DNA of 64,000 bases from Vicugna vicugna (taxonomy: Eukaryota), in assembly GCA_013265495.1 (NCBI GenBank), contig MU058241.1:1491249-1555248 (forward strand). Reading direction: 5' to 3'. Position 1 is the first letter of the stretch. Every line of letters starts with the position of its first letter. The notes under the pieces were generated by a model, which saw only the letters and a program-made list of their open reading frames with translations, did no database searches and was not told the DNA's origin. This document shows, piece by piece, positions 62,530 to 64,000 of the stretch. The position numbers and the translations under genes were made by a program.

Positions 62530-62666
62530 TTTTTTTTTTTTCCTCCAGGGGAGGTAATTACATTCATTTATTTACTTTTTTTTTTTTGATGGAGGTACTG
62601 GGGATTGAACCCCAGACCTCGTGCATGCTCAGCACGTGCTCTACCACTGAGCTCTACCCTCTCCCC
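62530..62666 (-). mobile_element. tRNA-Ala-derived camelid SINE with TSD
   Basis: TSD ttaacattctt at 62519-62529 and 62668-62678. Confidence 0.92.
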
Positions 62667-63718
62667 GTTAACATTCTTGATACACATCATGCCTCTTCTG
62701 GCAGGCATACAAGGGAAGACATTTTTGGAGGAGGGACCTAGTATGTATGACAATGAACTAGGCAAGGGATGATTACCTACACTGAGTTTAGGTCTCAAGA
62801 ATAAAATCTCCATGGAAGATTATTTTACGTTTCACAAACACAGCTTCTCGTGCGTCTTGCTCCTGCTTAACAGTTTCTGTCCCTATCAGCTACGCCATGA
62901 GGTCTAAATTCCTCCAAGGTCAAGACATCATAATCATCGGATCCCATTAAAGCATTCTCTACTGGGAAGTTCATCTTATTTCTGCCCAGCATCTAAGGTA
63001 GGCACACTCTTCAGTCACACTTGCATCCATCTGCCATCACTGCCTCCTCCTTGAGAACACAAAATTCTCCCCACCCTCTAAGGACCACAACAAGGGACAG
63101 TCACGGTCCTTGGACAACAGTGAGGATGCATCTGCTGTGCACCAGGGTCACGGCACTCGTTAGCAAACAAACAAACAAACACCCTCACACAAAAACACCT
63201 GTGTCCTAGGGATGTAGCCAAGATTTAAAAATACAACTAGAATTTAAAATTGTGACTCACCGCAAAGAAAAATCAGAGCAATCTATGAAAAAGATAAGAG
63301 GGGGCTCATGGAGATTTGAGCGTGAAAGAAGGACTCTAGGAAATGATAAGTTATTGAAAGTGGAGCCTTTTACAAGGGTTTTTAGAGAAAACTGTCACAT
63401 GACCTAGTTCATTTTTTCAAATCATAATCCTTCTTTTCTCTACTTTTCTAGAACACGTGTTCTTTACCCAATGACATGTTTTGGTTAATTTCCTGTCGCC
63501 TGGTTTCTCCTTTTATGTTGGTTGGTCCACATTGTCTTGGCGTGTACTTCGGATTTTAAGGACTAAATCTGAGGCTTTCTCTTCAGTACCTAACCCCACC
63601 TCCACAGAATACTGGATGGAAGAACTATCAGTATAGACTTCCCGACCTGACAAGTTCTTGCTCACTTCCTGACCAGTCAGATGGGCCAACAGAAGCATTA
63701 GAAAGGGGAATTCCTAAA

Positions 63719-63927
63719 GCAGGGTTACTTAGCATCAGCACTGCTGACAGGTGGGGCTGCATGACTCTTCGTGGTGGGGCTGTCCTGACTTCACAGGATA
63801 TCGAGCCGTAGCCCTGGTCTGTACCCACTGAACGCCAGTAACAACTCCCTCCCAGTTGTGACCCAAAATGCCCCCAGGAACTGCCAGATGTTCCTCTGCT
63901 GGGGGACAGAGGTGACTGAGAACCAAT
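63719..63927 (+). mobile_element. MER20 hAT-Charlie DNA transposon
   Basis: 'cagggttacttagcatcagcactgctgacag...ggggctgtcctg...cctggtctgtacccactgaacgccagtaacaactccctcccagttgtgacccaaaatg...tgagaacca'. Confidence 0.82.
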
Positions 63928-64000
63928 TCAGGGACCATGAAAGCAACTTTTGGACATAATAGAGTACTTGATTTGTGTAAGATCATTAAATATTAAAATA

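Noticed and set aside
1..64000. Prokaryotic or viral system (operon, CRISPR, defence island, ERV internal genes)
   Set aside because: No gene-dense ORFs, repeat-spacer arrays or gag/pol/env motifs seen; content is mammalian interspersed repeats and unique non-coding DNA.

Overview
Repeat-rich, non-coding mammalian DNA, very probably camelid (alpaca, vicuna or camel). The lineage call rests on about 17 copies of a tRNA-Ala(AGC)-derived SINE with an 'aaataaataaacctaattacctcccc' tail (vic-1 type) and many artiodactyl-type L1 3' ends. Older eutherian elements are also present (MER34, MER21, MER31 and MLT1 LTRs; MER20, MER58A and MER45A hAT elements; L2; MIR), along with microsatellites. I could not identify any protein-coding exon or gene. 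The only recognisable peptides in the ORF track are C-terminal fragments of L1 ORF2p. The strand bias of L1s suggests an intron of a large minus-strand gene, and a few minus-strand candidate exons with good splice sites exist but are unproven. I found no evidence of a novel biological system. The best structural observations are a tandem SINE dimer with a triplicated target site, a head-to-head L1 inverted repeat, and a three-layer nested insertion. Repeat family names come from recalled consensus sequences, not a database search, and boundaries are approximate.
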